Shown here: in pieces, positions 38,540 to 50,975 of the stretch | How the letters are laid out: each line of letters begins with the position of its first letter | How positions within the stretch are numbered: position 1 is the first letter of the stretch | From: Nitrospirota bacterium | GTDB taxonomy: Bacteria; Nitrospirota; Nitrospiria; Nitrospirales; Nitrospiraceae | Assembly (NCBI GenBank): GCA_963701855.1 | Contig: CAVPBK010000006.1 | Span: 1,344,001-1,408,000, forward strand | Direction: 5' to 3' | Length of the DNA: 64,000 nucleotides | The notes under the pieces: model-generated | Seen by the model: only the letters and a program-made list of their open reading frames with translations | What the model was told of the DNA's origin: nothing | The model's database searches: none | Made by a program: the position numbers and the translations under genes

Positions 38540-41204
38540 ATTTCTCGTGATTGTCTTGCCCGGTTGGACCGATCCGGTGCTGTAGGTCGGCGAGGCGATT
38601 GAGCGCATCGAGCGGAGTCATGGAGAAGAGGTCGATCTGTTTCACTTCTTCGATGATTGGATGTGGTTGGGGGAGCGAGGCACGCGACGGTTCTTTCTCT
38701 GAAGATATTGACATGTCGTCGATGGTGGTATCCGGTCGTTCCAACTGGGCCAGGACTTGTTGAGCTCGGGCAATCACCGTAGAAGGGAGCCCCGCTAGTT
38801 TTGCGACATGAATACCATAGCTGCGATCTGCGCCGCCCGGCACAATTTTACGCAAGAAGACCACGTCTCCATCCCGTTCCTGGACTGCTACGCAATAGTT
38901 TCTGATCCCCTCCCGCAACCCTTCCAGTTGCGTCATTTCGTGATAGTGAGTGGCGAACAGCGTCCTGGCCCCCAGATGCCGGCGGTCTTGGATGTGCTCC
39001 GCAATTGCCCATGCAATGCTCAGTCCATCATAGGTGCTGGTCCCTCGGCCGATCTCATCCAGAAGAATTAAGCTGCGGGAGGTCGCACTGTTCAAAATAT
39101 GCGCCGATTCGATCATCTCCACCATGAAGGTACTCTGTCCAGCAGCCAAGTTGTCCGAGGCCCCCACGCGTGTGAAAATCCGATCGACCAATCCAATGCG
39201 GGCTTCGGTCGCCGGCACAAAACTTCCGATCTGCGCCAACAATACGATCAGCGCGACCTGACGGAGGTAGGTACTCTTTCCAGCCATATTAGGCCCTGTG
39301 AGGATCACAAGCCGGTTGCCCTCACAGTCGAGAGAAGTGTCATTGGGCACGAAGGTCAGATCGTTGCCGAGTTGCTCAACGACAGGATGTCGGCCTTCTC
39401 GAATGAGAATTGTGTGGCTCTCATCGACGAGGGGTTTGACGTAGCGATGTAATGCGGCGGTTTCGGCCAGACCGGCAAGGACGTCGAGCAACGCCACGGT
39501 CTGGGCCATGGCTTGAAGACGAGGCATCTCGTTCGCCAAGCGCCCACACAATTGCTCGAACAGCTCCTGCTCGAGCGCCAACAGTTTAATTTCTGCCCCT
39601 GTGACACGCTCTTCCAGTTCTTTCAGTTCCGGCGTCATGAATCGTTCGGCATTGACCAGCGTCTGCTTGCGAATGTAATCGGGCGGGATGCGGGAGAAGT
39701 GCGTCTTGGTGATTTCGATGTAGTAGCCGAACACCTGATTATAACGAACCTTCAACGAGTCGATTCCCGTTCGCTCCCGTTCTTTGGCCTCCAACGAGGC
39801 GATCCAGCCTTTGCCCTCCGTGCTTGCCTTGCGCAGTTCATCGACCTCGGCATGGTACCCTTCTCGAATCATGCCGCCGTCACGAAGCGACAGCGGGGCA
39901 TCCGCCTTGACGGCCTGCTCAATCGTGTCATGCACGTCGCGGCAGTCGTCCCACGACTCACGGACAGCGGCCAGTAACGAGGCGCCGAACGGTTTGAGAT
40001 GGGACCGTAACTCAGGCAGGGCGCTCACGGACTGTTTCAAGGCGAGTAGTTCGCGAGGTCCCGCGACGCCGAGCGTCACGCGACTGCTCAAACGGGCGAT
40101 GTCTTGTACATCACGGAGCGTAGTCCGGAACGACACGCGTTGTTGAATCCGGTCTTTCAACTCCCCGACCGCATCGAGTCGAGCTTGAATGGCGCTGCGA
40201 TCGAGGAGCGGTCTGATGAGCCAATCGCGTAACAAGCGACTACCCATGGCCGTCGCGGTGCGGTCCAGCACCGACAAAACCGTGGGCTGGTCCTGCCCTG
40301 ATCGGTGCTCACCGGCTCCCAACGGTCGTATGAGTTCGAGATTGCGAATCGTCGCGCTATCCAAATGCATCGCGTCGCTGCTCCAGCGAGTTTGCAGACG
40401 GCGGAGGTGTGCGAGGGAGGCGGTCGGCTGGGTTTCACGAACATATCGCAGGACCGCTCCGGCGGCTCCGATCCCGGCGGTCAAGCCGCGACAGCCGAAT
40501 CCGTCAAGCGAGTGCACCGCAAACTGTGTCTGGAGTAGATGCGTGGCGTCCTTGGGATTGAAGGAGGCCGAGGGTTGTGCGCAGAGGCGTGGCCCACGCA
40601 GGCGAGTCAGGCACAATCCGGCATTCGTAGCGGAATCGGGGTGGAGCAGTTCACGCGGTTCCAGCCTAGCCAGCTCATCCATGAGCTGGAGCTCTGCCCG
40701 TGCTCCCTGGAACTCTGTCATCCAAAACTCCCCGGTGGAGACGTCCAGACAGGCCAGTCCAATGACGGATTGCCCCTTGGCAGATGGGGCCATGGTGTCG
40801 GAGAAGGCGACAGCCGTCAAGAAGTGCGACTCTCCCGGTGCAAGGAATTCAGTATCGATCAGCGTGCCCGGCGTATACAAACGAACGACTTCGCGTCGCA
40901 CGAGACCCTTCGCGAGTTTCGGGTCCTCCACCTGTTCGCAGAGTGCGACGGTTCGCCCAGCCTTGAGGAGCTTTGCGATATAACCTTGAGCCGCATGGTA
41001 GGGCACTCCGCAGAGCGGAACTGGGTTGGGGCTGGATTTGTCGCGAGAGGTGAGGGCAATGGAGAGCAGTTTGGAGGCGATCTGCGCATCCTCGTAAAAC
41101 ATTTCGTAGAAGTCGCCGACGCGGAATAACAGAACGGCATCGGGATAGCCGCGCTTGATCTCGCGGTATTGCCGCATCAAGGGTGAGGCGCCTGCGTCAC
41201 TCAT
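38538..41204 (-). CDS. mutS: DNA mismatch repair protein MutS
   Basis: PLMRQY...FRVGDFYE, TGPNMAGKST, STFMVEM, DEIGRGT, SYGIHVA. Confidence 0.98.
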   Translation of the reverse strand: MSDAGASPLMRQYREIKRGYPDAVLLFRVGDFYEMFYEDAQIASKLLSIALTSRDKSSPNPVPLCGVPYHAAQGYIAKLLKAGRTVALCEQVEDPKLAKGLVRREVVRLYTPGTLIDTEFLAPGESHFLTAVAFSDTMAPSAKGQSVIGLACLDVSTGEFWMTEFQGARAELQLMDELARLEPRELLHPDSATNAGLCLTRLRGPRLCAQPSASFNPKDATHLLQTQFAVHSLDGFGCRGLTAGIGAAGAVLRYVRETQPTASLAHLRRLQTRWSSDAMHLDSATIRNLELIRPLGAGEHRSGQDQPTVLSVLDRTATAMGSRLLRDWLIRPLLDRSAIQARLDAVGELKDRIQQRVSFRTTLRDVQDIARLSSRVTLGVAGPRELLALKQSVSALPELRSHLKPFGASLLAAVRESWDDCRDVHDTIEQAVKADAPLSLRDGGMIREGYHAEVDELRKASTEGKGWIASLEAKERERTGIDSLKVRYNQVFGYYIEITKTHFSRIPPDYIRKQTLVNAERFMTPELKELEERVTGAEIKLLALEQELFEQLCGRLANEMPRLQAMAQTVALLDVLAGLAETAALHRYVKPLVDESHTILIREGRHPVVEQLGNDLTFVPNDTSLDCEGNRLVILTGPNMAGKSTYLRQVALIVLLAQIGSFVPATEARIGLVDRIFTRVGASDNLAAGQSTFMVEMIESAHILNSATSRSLILLDEIGRGTSTYDGLSIAWAIAEHIQDRRHLGARTLFATHYHEMTQLEGLREGIRNYCVAVQERDGDVVFLRKIVPGGADRSYGIHVAKLAGLPSTVIARAQQVLAQLERPDTTIDDMSISSEKEPSRASLPQPHPIIEEVKQIDLFSMTPLDALNRLADLQHRIGPTGQDNHEK

Positions 41205-41541
41205 TGCGTCGGTCTCGATGTGATTCACCGGTGCGGGTGGGGGATACACGATCGGTGGCTGTATCGAGCGAGACGCGTAGCCGCTCTAAGTCTACTTCGG
41301 CTTCTTGCAGCGCTTTGGTTTTTCTGCGGAGTTCGATACGGCTCCGCACCCATGGAGGGAAAAGAAGAATACCGGAGACGAGTAGCCCAACCGCAAATCC
41401 TGCCAGGATGGGTTTATAGATCGGCGTCGAGGCTTCAAAGAGACCAAAGAAGTACCGGAGCGTGACTTCCTGTTCCTGGTTCTGAAGGAAAAAAGCCAGG
41501 GAGAGGAGCAGCAGAACTCCGACCAAAATCAGTCTAATCAT
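41197..41541 (-). CDS. LapA family membrane protein
   Basis: TM-QN...V.L..FF-TM-coiled coil layout; overlaps both neighbours. Confidence 0.75.
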   Translation of the reverse strand: MIRLILVGVLLLLSLAFFLQNQEQEVTLRYFFGLFEASTPIYKPILAGFAVGLLVSGILLFPPWVRSRIELRRKTKALQEAEVDLERLRVSLDTATDRVSPTRTGESHRDRRNE

Positions 41542-42086
41542 GACCTCGTTGTTGCCTTTCTCTTCAAGGTCTGGCGTGGTGATGTTCGATGCATCCTGCT
41601 CGTCTTGCGTGACTGCATGCGCAAGCGGGCGAGAACCTGGTCAGAATTCGGCCCTGTTGCGAGCAACTGAATTGTTCGGCTCCGCACGGCACGATGGTGT
41701 AGAGCAATTTCGATCCGGTCATGCGGCAGCGCGGCAAGGCCCTTGTCGGCCCATTCTATGGCCGTCACAGACAGGCCCGAGAAATACTCAGATAATCCTA
41801 TCGATTCAAGTTCGCGGAATGTGCGAATACGATACAGATCCACATGGACAAGCGGCAGGCGCCCTTGATCGTATTCGTGAATCATGACGAATGTGGGACT
41901 GGTCACCGCCAGTGGCGATGCGCCAAGGCCTTGTGCGATTCCGCGAACGAGCGCCGTCTTGCCTGATCCGAGCGGTCCATAGAGCGCGATCGTTTCTCCT
42001 CCGCGAAGTTCGTGGCCGATCGCTTGGCCTAGCCGATTGGTGTGCTGGTGAGATGTGGACACCAGCTTCCACGGCAGACTCGACAT
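41538..42086 (-). CDS. tsaE: t6A biosynthesis ATPase TsaE
   Basis: G.LGSGKT, VTSPTF, H.DLYR, IEWAD. Start may be 42164. Confidence 0.93.
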   Translation of the reverse strand: MSSLPWKLVSTSHQHTNRLGQAIGHELRGGETIALYGPLGSGKTALVRGIAQGLGASPLAVTSPTFVMIHEYDQGRLPLVHVDLYRIRTFRELESIGLSEYFSGLSVTAIEWADKGLAALPHDRIEIALHHRAVRSRTIQLLATGPNSDQVLARLRMQSRKTSRMHRTSPRQTLKRKATTRS

Positions 42087-42135
42087 AGTGTTATGGCGAG
42101 CGGCAGGCCGGTTCGCCTTGACTGGTCGGGTGACG

Positions 42136-43689
42136 TTAGGTCGTTTTCGTTCGTTGGAGCGCATAAGGAATTTGAGAGATGAGGTCGCTGGCGAGCATCC
42201 CGGGCTGTCCGAGGTGTTGAGAGGCTAAGTCGCCAGCCAATCCATGAAAATAGGTTGCGGCACAGGCAGCCTCCCAAGCGGGAACTCTTTGCGCCAGTAA
42301 GCCGACGATCATGCCGGTCAACACGTCGCCGGTTCCGGCTGTGGCCATGCCGGGATTACCGGTCGGGCAAATAGCAACAAGCCCATCGGGTCGGGCAATA
42401 ACGGTTCGTGCGCCTTTTAAGACGACGAACACGCCGCGTTCTCGTGCAAATCGTCTGGCCGTGCCGATTCGGTCTGTGTTGACACTCTGTATGGTGGCAT
42501 CGACTTCGAGCCGGGCCATCTCACCAGGGTGTGGGGTGAGAATGGGCGGAGTTTTACACTCGGTCAGCAACGAGACCCGGCCGGCCAAGGCGTTCAGCGC
42601 ATCGGCATCGAGAACCGAGGGCCGATCCAGATGCTTCATGAGCAACTGCACGAGTTCGACGGTCTCGTGATGTGTCGAGAGCCCAGGACCAATGGCGATA
42701 GCAGTGCGTCCTTGGATAAAGGCTACGACACGATCGAGTCCTGAGCGGGCGAGAGTACGTGCCTTTGTTTCGGGGAGAGGCATCGTCATCGCTTCCAGTA
42801 ACTTGGCTTCCAGTACATCGTTGACGCTGCTGGGGGTGGCCACAGTCACCAGGCCGGTTCCAACGCGGAGTGCTGCACGGGCCGCCAGCGCCGCGGCGCC
42901 TGTTTTTCCCACGGACCCCGCAAGAATTCCCGCATGGCCAAACGTTCCCTTATGGGAGGAGGGCAGGCGTTCGGGCAGAGACTGAAACGCGCTATCGCTT
43001 GTCAGGAGCAAGGTCCGGCTCTCGATGGCATTCACATAGGACGGTGGAATGCCGATATCTACGACGCGGATAATGCCGGCTTGGTTGATCCCGGCATCGA
43101 GATAGAGGCCGAGCTTCGGGAGGCCACATGTGATGGTCAATGTGGCGCGGATCGCTTGTCCTAGGATGGCGCCGGTATCGGCATGGAGACCGGATGGAAT
43201 ATCGATTGCGATGACAGGTTTCCCGGCATTGTTAATGAGTTCGATGGCCTCACGATAGGCTCCGGTCACTACGGAAGACAATCCGGTGCCAAGGAGGGCA
43301 TCGACGAGAATGTCGCTGGAGGCAAGAAGGGGCCGCGCCTGGTCGGCAGACCGGAATCGAATGATCGCTGTTCGTCCGGCGACCCGAACGAGCCGGCGAT
43401 ACATCGTCGCAGCATCGCGACTCAGGTCGGTGATCGGTGTGAGGAGCTGCACATGAATTCGTGCACGTCGGCGGTGGAGCAGTCGGGCCACAACCAATCC
43501 ATCTCCTCCATTGTTCCCTTTTCCGCAGAGGATGGTAATGGTCTTGCCTCGTACTGGTCCACAGTGTTCCTCCAGATACCTGACAATGCCTTCGCCGGCC
43601 CGTTCCATCAAGACGGTACTGGGGACATGTGCTTCGGTGATGGTGCGGCGATCGAGCGTCTGCATTTCGGTCCCGGTCACGATCTTCAT
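42136..43689 (-). CDS. nnr: Bifunctional NAD(P)H-hydrate epimerase/dehydratase
   Basis: LMERAG, GKGNNGGDG, DIPSG, HKGTFG, TPHPGEM, GTGDVL. Confidence 0.95.
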   Translation of the reverse strand: MKIVTGTEMQTLDRRTITEAHVPSTVLMERAGEGIVRYLEEHCGPVRGKTITILCGKGNNGGDGLVVARLLHRRRARIHVQLLTPITDLSRDAATMYRRLVRVAGRTAIIRFRSADQARPLLASSDILVDALLGTGLSSVVTGAYREAIELINNAGKPVIAIDIPSGLHADTGAILGQAIRATLTITCGLPKLGLYLDAGINQAGIIRVVDIGIPPSYVNAIESRTLLLTSDSAFQSLPERLPSSHKGTFGHAGILAGSVGKTGAAALAARAALRVGTGLVTVATPSSVNDVLEAKLLEAMTMPLPETKARTLARSGLDRVVAFIQGRTAIAIGPGLSTHHETVELVQLLMKHLDRPSVLDADALNALAGRVSLLTECKTPPILTPHPGEMARLEVDATIQSVNTDRIGTARRFARERGVFVVLKGARTVIARPDGLVAICPTGNPGMATAGTGDVLTGMIVGLLAQRVPAWEAACAATYFHGLAGDLASQHLGQPGMLASDLISQIPYALQRTKTT

Positions 43690-43837
43690 CGGTGCCCTTG
43701 CGTGCGGGATCGACCCCGGATAAGGAATCGGGTGAGCGCGGGGAGAAAAGAGATCTGTTGCCTGCGTCGCAATGTCATGACAGGGGCGAATCGCGTTGTC
43801 CACAGGGGGACACAGAGTGCCGTACCGGCGCGATGGT

Positions 43838-44551
43838 TCAACTCAGCAACGCTTTCATCTCCCTTACGGCCTGGTCGAGGCCCACCAGCACCGCTCGGGC
43901 AATGATGCTATGGCCGATATTGTATTCGACGATTTCCTGAATGTGAGTCAATCGCGTGACGTTGCGATAGTCCAAGCCGTGCCCGGCATTGACGCCCATT
44001 CCGAGTTTATAGGAGAGTTTCGCGGCCTGCGTAATGGCCTCTACTTCCGCGTCGGCTTCTTTCGAGCGTTTGGCATTCGCATAACGGCCTGTGTGGATCT
44101 CGATGAAATCGGCTGAGACTCGATGCGCGGCTTTGACCTGGGCCAAATCCGGTTCGATAAAGAGGCTGACGGGAATATTTGACTCGTGGAGCAGGGTTAC
44201 GATCTGCTGAATACGATCTTTATGGCCGGCTACGTCCAGGCCTCCTTCAGTCGTGAGTTCCTGACGCTGCTCCGGGACGAGCGTAACCATGTCTGGCTTG
44301 ACGGTCAGGGCGATCTTGGCCATCGTTTCATCAGCGGCCATCTCCAGATCGAGCTTGGTGCGGATGAGTTCCCGCAAGAGGCGAAGATCGTGGTCTTGAA
44401 TATGGCGCCGATCTTCTCTGAGGTGAACGACAATGCCGTCGGCCCCGGCTAATTCCACCAATACGGCAGCGGCAAGAGGATCCGGGTCGGTTCCACCACG
44501 AGCCTGCCGCAACGTGGCCACATGGTCGATGTTCACCCCAAGTCGTGGCAC
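43838..44551 (-). CDS. pdxJ: Pyridoxine 5'-phosphate synthase
   Basis: [31 protein letters not shown]. Confidence 0.97.
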   Translation of the reverse strand: MPRLGVNIDHVATLRQARGGTDPDPLAAAVLVELAGADGIVVHLREDRRHIQDHDLRLLRELIRTKLDLEMAADETMAKIALTVKPDMVTLVPEQRQELTTEGGLDVAGHKDRIQQIVTLLHESNIPVSLFIEPDLAQVKAAHRVSADFIEIHTGRYANAKRSKEADAEVEAITQAAKLSYKLGMGVNAGHGLDYRNVTRLTHIQEIVEYNIGHSIIARAVLVGLDQAVREMKALLS

Positions 44552-44733
44552 AGACCCTCCATTCTACTATGTGGAGCAAGGAGAAACTGAGTTGAGTGAT
44601 GAGAGCGAAAGGCGTTGCAGTTGTAACAGAAATCAGCAGGGTGGGGCAAGGACCGGGATGTGGAATTGAGGGGGTGTTGTCCTGGCCAATCAAAGGGGTC
44701 GGGCTACCGAACCCCATAGAATCACGACATAAT

Positions 44734-44763
44734 TTGACTCGATACGCTCTGCGCCATTAGAAT
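44734..44763 (+). promoter_or_regulatory. sigma70 promoter of the alaC-hom-thrC operon
   Basis: TTGACT-18 nt-TAGAAT. Confidence 0.55.
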
Positions 44764-44836
44764 AGGCCCCCTAACGTGGCGGAGAGCGATCACGCGATCG
44801 CTTCCGCGCGTGTGAGGATTACGGACAGGAAACCTC

Positions 44837-46033
44837 ATGGGATTAGGCGACGGATTTTATCGCATCAAACGGTTACCGCCTTATGTATTCGCCCAGGTGC
44901 AGAGTCTCAAGCTCGAAGCTCGTCAACAGGGCGAAGACATTATCGACTTTGGAATGGGAAATCCTGACCAACCGACACCGAGCCATATCGTCGAGAAGAT
45001 GATCGAGGCGGCGCGGAAAGGAAAAAATCATCGCTACTCGGCTTCGCGCGGGATTACCAAGTTGCGGCACGCGATCGCTGGTTGGTACAAGCGGAATTAC
45101 AATGTCGATTTGGATCCTGAGACCGAGACCATTGTCACGATCGGTTCCAAAGAAGGATTGGCACACCTGGCGCTGGCCTTGATCGGCCCCGGCGACGTCG
45201 TCCTGACGCCGACGCCGACTTATCCCATTCATATGTATAGTTTCATCATTGCGGGCGGAGAAGTCCGTGGGGTTGAGTTGCGCCCGGACAGTGATTTCTT
45301 CGACGATTTACAGCGGGTCTATCGCCAGACCTTCCCAAGGCCGAAGATCTTGGTCATCAATTTTCCGCATAATCCTACCACCGCCGTAGTGGATCTTGAG
45401 TTCTTTAAGAAGATCGTCGTCTTTGCCAAAGAACATAACGTGATTGTCATTCATGACCTGGCTTACGCCGACTTGGTGTTCGATGGATATAAAGCGCCGA
45501 GCTTTCTGCAGGTTCCCGGGGCGAAGGATGTCGGCGTCGAGTTCTACACTCTTTCCAAGGCCTACAACATGCCTGGTTGGCGCGTGGGATTTTGTTGCGG
45601 CAATCGCGAGGTGGTTGGAGCCCTGGCGAAGATCAAGAGTTATCTCGATTACGGTATTTTTCAGCCCCTTCAGATTGCCAGCGTCATTGCCCTCAATGGG
45701 CCGCAAGATTGTGTCAAGGAGACGGTGCTCCGTTACCAGAAGCGTCGAGATGTGTTGGTGAGCGGGCTGAATCGCATCGGGTGGCAGGTGAACAAGCCTG
45801 TGGCTACCATGTTTGTCTGGGCCAGAATCCCGTTGCCCTATCGGTCTTCAGGGTCGTTGGAATTTTCGAAGCTTCTGCTCCGCGAGGCGAAAGTGGCCGT
45901 GTCTCCTGGGATCGGATTCGGTGAGGGCGGGGACGAGTATGTGCGGTTCGGTCTTGTCGAAAATGAACATCGCACGAGGCAAGCCGTGCGAGGCATTCGC
46001 AAGGCTCTGAAGCTTGAGGGGTCAGAAGAGTGA
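44837..46033 (+). CDS. alaC: Class I PLP aminotransferase (AlaC-like)
   Basis: [42 protein letters not shown]. Confidence 0.8.
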   Translation: MGLGDGFYRIKRLPPYVFAQVQSLKLEARQQGEDIIDFGMGNPDQPTPSHIVEKMIEAARKGKNHRYSASRGITKLRHAIAGWYKRNYNVDLDPETETIVTIGSKEGLAHLALALIGPGDVVLTPTPTYPIHMYSFIIAGGEVRGVELRPDSDFFDDLQRVYRQTFPRPKILVINFPHNPTTAVVDLEFFKKIVVFAKEHNVIVIHDLAYADLVFDGYKAPSFLQVPGAKDVGVEFYTLSKAYNMPGWRVGFCCGNREVVGALAKIKSYLDYGIFQPLQIASVIALNGPQDCVKETVLRYQKRRDVLVSGLNRIGWQVNKPVATMFVWARIPLPYRSSGSLEFSKLLLREAKVAVSPGIGFGEGGDEYVRFGLVENEHRTRQAVRGIRKALKLEGSEE

Positions 46034-47343
46034 TCTCGCGTGTGGGCGTCGGCATCATTGGGTTCGGAACGGTCGGAACGGGCGTCGTGAAGATTCTCTT
46101 GGAGAATGCTGCTTTAATCAGCCGCCGGGTCGGCGTACCGATCGAGATCGTTCGGATTGTGGACCTCGATGTGACGCGTGACCGAGGTCTTGCCCTTCCA
46201 CCAGGCCTCCTTACGACCGATGCGAAGCAGATTCTTGCCGATCCGTCGATCGACATCGTCGTGGAGTTGATCGGGGGCTGCGATGTTGCCAAACGCATAA
46301 TTCTTGAGGCCCTTGCGGCAGGCAAACATGTCGTTACCGCCAATAAGGCCTTGCTCGCGCTACACGGAGAAGAAATATTTGCCGCGGCTTCCCGCGAGGG
46401 TGTCGACCTAGGGTTCGAAGCGAGCGTGGGCGGGGGGATTCCCGTCATCCAGGCTTTGAGGGAAGGGCTGGCTGCAAACACTATCCAATCTATTTATGGG
46501 ATCATCAACGGGACAGCCAATTACATTCTTTCGCGCATGACCCATGAAGGCCAGAGTTTTGAGGCGGTACTCGACGAAGCAAAGCAAGCCGGCTATGCCG
46601 AAGCGGATCCGACATTCGATGTGGCCGGTATCGATTCGGCGCACAAGCTAGCGATCCTGGTGGCGCTAGCCTATGGGATGCCGGTCAATGTGAAAGAGGT
46701 GTATACCGAGGGGATTACCCACATTACGCCGCTCGACATCGCGTATGCCAAAGAGTTCGGTTGTACGATCAAGTTGCTGGGCATCGCGAAGCTGGTCGGC
46801 AATGAAGTCGAAGCACGAGTGCATCCCACGATGCTGCCCTCCTCATCTCTGATCGCCCAAGTCGAAGGAGTCTACAACGCGATTCAACTTGTCGGCGATG
46901 CCGTGGGCGACGTGGTGCTCTATGGCCGGGGAGCGGGGTCCATGCCGACCGGCAGTGCGGTGGTCGGCGACCTCATCACCATCGCGCGCAATCTGTTGAA
47001 AGGAGCGGTTGGGCGAGTGCCGCCCGCTTCGTTCCAGCAAGACCAGCGTCGTCCGCTTCGGATGCGGACGATGGAAGAAATCAGCTCGCTCTACTACCTC
47101 CGGTTTATGGTGTTGGACCGCCCCGGCGTCTTGTCTCAAATTGCAGGGGAGCTGGGCCGGTGCGGCATCAGTATCTCATCCGTCCTCCAACAGGGACGGC
47201 GCGAAGGGCAGACGGTTCCGGTCGTGATCAAGACTCATACTGCCATGGAGCGTGATGTCCAAACGGCATTGCGAGCGATCAATCACATGGCCTTCATTTC
47301 CGAGCCCACTACCTTGATTCGGGTCGAGGGTAAGGACGAGTAA
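46030..47343 (+). CDS. hom: Homoserine dehydrogenase
   Basis: [32 protein letters not shown]-terminal ACT domain. Confidence 0.96.
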   Translation: MISRVGVGIIGFGTVGTGVVKILLENAALISRRVGVPIEIVRIVDLDVTRDRGLALPPGLLTTDAKQILADPSIDIVVELIGGCDVAKRIILEALAAGKHVVTANKALLALHGEEIFAAASREGVDLGFEASVGGGIPVIQALREGLAANTIQSIYGIINGTANYILSRMTHEGQSFEAVLDEAKQAGYAEADPTFDVAGIDSAHKLAILVALAYGMPVNVKEVYTEGITHITPLDIAYAKEFGCTIKLLGIAKLVGNEVEARVHPTMLPSSSLIAQVEGVYNAIQLVGDAVGDVVLYGRGAGSMPTGSAVVGDLITIARNLLKGAVGRVPPASFQQDQRRPLRMRTMEEISSLYYLRFMVLDRPGVLSQIAGELGRCGISISSVLQQGRREGQTVPVVIKTHTAMERDVQTALRAINHMAFISEPTTLIRVEGKDE

Positions 47344-47347
47344 CGCA

Positions 47348-48406
47348 ATGAATCGCTGGCGTGGTGTGATCGAAGAATATCGGAAGTTTCTGCCGGTGAC
47401 CGACCGTACACCCGTGGTGACGCTCGGCGAAGGCAACACGCCGCTCATAAGGGCGACGCGGCTGGCCAAACAGATCGCGCCCGGCATTGATCTCTATCTC
47501 AAATTCGAAGGCATGAATCCGACGGGATCCTTCAAGGATCGCGGCATGACGATGGCCATCTCAAAGGCCGTTGAGTCCGGCTCCAAGGCGGTGATCTGTG
47601 CCTCCACGGGGAATACCTCTGCCTCCGCTGCAGCCTATGGCGCGCGGGCAGGACTGGCAGTCTATGTGTTGATTCCTGCCGGGAAGATCGCGATGGGTAA
47701 GCTGTCACAGGCTATGATGCATCAAGCCACAGTCATCCAGATCGAAGGAAACTTCGACCAGGCGTTGACCATCGTCAAAGAATTGTCTGCGACCTATCAC
47801 ATCGAGTTGGTCAACTCGATCAATCCCTATCGGATCGAGGGGCAGAAGACCGCCGCGATGGAGGTCTGCGATGAACTCGGCGATGCCCCGACTGTTCATG
47901 TGCTGCCGGTTGGAAATGCCGGCAACATTACTGCCTATTGGAAGGGGTATCAGGAATACCGTGCAGCCAATCAATCCACGAAGTTGCCTCGAATGGTCGG
48001 ATTTCAGGCGGCCGGCGCCGCGCCTATTGTGCTCGGACACATCGTGGAACATCCGCAGACGGTGGCCTCGGCGATCCGTATCGGCAATCCGGCCAGCTGG
48101 GAAGCGGCTTTGAAGGCTGTGAAGGAATCCGTGGGAGCGATCGACTCGGTGACGGACGAAGAAATTCTCCAGGCTTATAGGGTGGTGGCAGCGACGGAAG
48201 GGGTCTTCTGCGAGCCGGCGTCCGCTGCGTCGGTTGCCGGCGTGATGAAGTTGAGCAAACAGGGCGGGCTTCACGAAGGCGAGACGGTGGTCTGCACCTT
48301 GACCGGCCACGGATTGAAAGATGCCGACACAGCCATTAGTGTATCGGCTCAACCAAAAACCGTTAGAGCGACGCGGGAGGATGTCGCTCGTCTTTTAAAG
48401 GTGTAG
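47348..48406 (+). CDS. thrC: Threonine synthase
   Basis: [25 protein letters not shown]. Confidence 0.96.
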   Translation: MNRWRGVIEEYRKFLPVTDRTPVVTLGEGNTPLIRATRLAKQIAPGIDLYLKFEGMNPTGSFKDRGMTMAISKAVESGSKAVICASTGNTSASAAAYGARAGLAVYVLIPAGKIAMGKLSQAMMHQATVIQIEGNFDQALTIVKELSATYHIELVNSINPYRIEGQKTAAMEVCDELGDAPTVHVLPVGNAGNITAYWKGYQEYRAANQSTKLPRMVGFQAAGAAPIVLGHIVEHPQTVASAIRIGNPASWEAALKAVKESVGAIDSVTDEEILQAYRVVAATEGVFCEPASAASVAGVMKLSKQGGLHEGETVVCTLTGHGLKDADTAISVSAQPKTVRATREDVARLLKV

Positions 48407-48428
48407 CCACCATGCGAGCAAGGCTTCG

Positions 48429-49670
48429 ATGAAACATGTGATTCTTCATGCCGATGGGATGGCAGACCATCCCCGGAAGGAATTGAGCGGATGGACCCCT
48501 CTTCAAGCAGCTTCGACCCCTCACCTGGACCGCCTCGCGCAGGGTGGGGAGCTTGGGCTTCTGACTGCGGCGCCTGAGAACGTGCGGCAGGGGAGCGGTC
48601 TGATGGGAACTGCCATCCTCGGATACGACCCCAAGAAGTACTACCAGGGTCCCGGTCCGCTCGAAGCGGCCAGTCTGGGGGTCGCCATCGGCGAGCATGA
48701 TGTGGTCTATCGCTGTACGATGGTCACGTTGCGGGCAGACGCTCAGTCCGGAAATAAAGGCGGATTGAACGAGATCAAGAAGCTCGGACCGCACATGGTG
48801 ATGGATGATGCGACTGCAGGCCTGATTTCGACGGAAGAGGCCCGCGAATTGATCGAGGCGATCAATGAACAGCTCGGATCGGAGATGATTCAGTTCTATC
48901 CAGGATTAGGCCATCGGCATCTCATGGTGTGGGTCAACGGGAAGTCGCGAGCGGTCTGTACCGATCCACAGTTATTGGTCGGCCGGCCGATCGCCGATGT
49001 ATTGCCGACGGGAGACGGATCCGACATTCTCTGGAAACTCATGGACGCCTCGTTTCAGATTCTGCGCGATCATCCCCTCAACGATGAACGTCTGGGGGCA
49101 GGTCAGAAGCCTGCCAATTGTCTCTGGCTCTGGGGCCAGGGCCGGGCCATTCTCTGGCCAAGCCTTTCTGAGCGATTGAAGATGTCCGGTGTGGTGGTTT
49201 CACAGAGCGATGTTCATCGCGGACTCGGCATCATGGCCGGGCTCGAAGCTGTTGATGGCGCGCGATTAACCGGTTCGGATTTTCGCACCCAAGCGGCAGT
49301 TGCTCTGGAGGAACTGAAGAAGAAAGATTTTGCATACGTGCATGTGGAGTTACCGGACGAGGTCATTTACGGATCCGATGTCGCGGCCAAGGTGAAGGGC
49401 ATCGAAGCGGTTGATCGCGAGCTGGTAGGGCCGCTGCTCGAAGGACTGGCCAAATTGGGCTCCCATCGCATCGTGGCCTTCTGCGATTCGGGCAGCCTGC
49501 ATCATGGCCAAGCGGAGGAAGGTCCGGGATTCTTCGCCTATCGTGACAGTGCCGCAGCCTCCGCGGCCGGGACCGGACGGAGATTTATCGAGGCTGATGC
49601 TAGAGCTTCGACCGTGCCTCCTCGCGATGCGACAAAGTTCGTCGTGCGGCTGTTTGCGAAAGGATCCTGA
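48429..49670 (+). CDS. ApgM-like phosphoglycerate mutase family protein (candidate homoserine kinase)
   Basis: ADGMAD, TPL..A.TP.LD, GPLEAA.LG, W.WGQG; located between thrC and lysC. Confidence 0.8.
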   Translation: MKHVILHADGMADHPRKELSGWTPLQAASTPHLDRLAQGGELGLLTAAPENVRQGSGLMGTAILGYDPKKYYQGPGPLEAASLGVAIGEHDVVYRCTMVTLRADAQSGNKGGLNEIKKLGPHMVMDDATAGLISTEEARELIEAINEQLGSEMIQFYPGLGHRHLMVWVNGKSRAVCTDPQLLVGRPIADVLPTGDGSDILWKLMDASFQILRDHPLNDERLGAGQKPANCLWLWGQGRAILWPSLSERLKMSGVVVSQSDVHRGLGIMAGLEAVDGARLTGSDFRTQAAVALEELKKKDFAYVHVELPDEVIYGSDVAAKVKGIEAVDRELVGPLLEGLAKLGSHRIVAFCDSGSLHHGQAEEGPGFFAYRDSAAASAAGTGRRFIEADARASTVPPRDATKFVVRLFAKGS

Positions 49671-49675
49671 CGGTC

Positions 49676-50917
49676 GTGGCGCTGATTGTCCAGAAATATG
49701 GGGGGACGTCGGTGGGCACGATCGAGAGGATCCACTGCGTGGCCGACCGCGTTGAGAAGGCTCACAAGGATGGCTATCGTGTCGTGGTTGTCCTGTCCGC
49801 GATGAGCGGAGAAACAGATCGGTTGCTTCGGTTGGCGCACGAAGTCACGCCGCTGCCGGACGATCGTGAACTCGATATGCTCCTGTCGACTGGAGAGCGG
49901 GTGACCATTGCATTATTGGCGATGGCCTTGCGGGCCAGGGGACTCGATGCTCGATCCTTTACGGGGCGCCAAGTCGGGATCATGACCGACAGTGCTCATA
50001 CGAAAGCGCGTATTACTCGGGTAAGTGCTGATCGAATCCGTGAGGCTCTGCTTAAGGGGATCATTCCAGTAGTCGCCGGTTTTCAAGGAATCAACGAGCA
50101 GTCGGATGTCACAACATTGGGGCGTGGCGGATCCGATCTCACGGCAGTCGCATTGGCGGCGGCGCTGAAGGCCGATCGGTGCATCATTTTTACCGACGTT
50201 GATGGCGTCTATACGTCGGACCCCAACATTGTACCGGCGGCTCGACGAATCGACAAGATCTCTTATGAGGAAATGTTGGAAATGGCCAGTCTGGGTGCCA
50301 AAGTGCTGCAGAGCCGCTCCGTCGAATTTGCTGCGAAGTTCAACGTGCCGGTGGAGGTGAACTCCAGCTTCAAAGAAGGAAAGGGGACACTCGTGACGCG
50401 TGAAGATGAGGATATGGAAGCGGTCGCAGTGTCGGGAGTCACCGGCGATCGAAATCAGGCCAAGATCACGATTGTGGGCGTGCCGGACAAACCAGGGATT
50501 GCATCTAAACTCTTTGGGCCCGTGGCCAAGGCAAACATCAATGTCGACATGATCATCCAGAATATGAGTCAGTCTGGCATGACGGACATTTCCTTCACGA
50601 TTCCACGGGCGGACATCAAGAAAGCCTTGCCGCTGATTAAGGACGTGGCGAAAGGCATCGACGCCAAATCGGTTGCCGTAACCGAGGCGATCGCGAAGGT
50701 CTCGCTGGTCGGCGTAGGGATGCGATCCCATTCTGGGGTCGCTGCCAAGATGTTTGAAGTCTTATCTCAGGAAGGCGTGAATATTCTCATGATCAGCACG
50801 TCGGAGATCAAGATCTCCTGTGTCATCGATGAAAAGTATGCTGAACTCGCGATGCGTTCGCTCCATGCTGCGTTCGGGTTGGATCAATCGCCTGCAGGAG
50901 ACCGAAGCCCGAAGTAG
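49676..50917 (+). CDS. lysC: Aspartate kinase
   Basis: [19 protein letters not shown], two ACT domains. Confidence 0.96.
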   Translation: MALIVQKYGGTSVGTIERIHCVADRVEKAHKDGYRVVVVLSAMSGETDRLLRLAHEVTPLPDDRELDMLLSTGERVTIALLAMALRARGLDARSFTGRQVGIMTDSAHTKARITRVSADRIREALLKGIIPVVAGFQGINEQSDVTTLGRGGSDLTAVALAAALKADRCIIFTDVDGVYTSDPNIVPAARRIDKISYEEMLEMASLGAKVLQSRSVEFAAKFNVPVEVNSSFKEGKGTLVTREDEDMEAVAVSGVTGDRNQAKITIVGVPDKPGIASKLFGPVAKANINVDMIIQNMSQSGMTDISFTIPRADIKKALPLIKDVAKGIDAKSVAVTEAIAKVSLVGVGMRSHSGVAAKMFEVLSQEGVNILMISTSEIKISCVIDEKYAELAMRSLHAAFGLDQSPAGDRSPK

Positions 50918-50975
50918 AGGATTTCGGCAAGGTGAATCTCGACAGGCTCGTCCGGATCCTGGTATCGTTTTCATT

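Noticed and set aside
43690..43837. acpS remnant between pdxJ and nnr
   Set aside because: The gap is only 148 nt and shows no recognisable AcpS motif.
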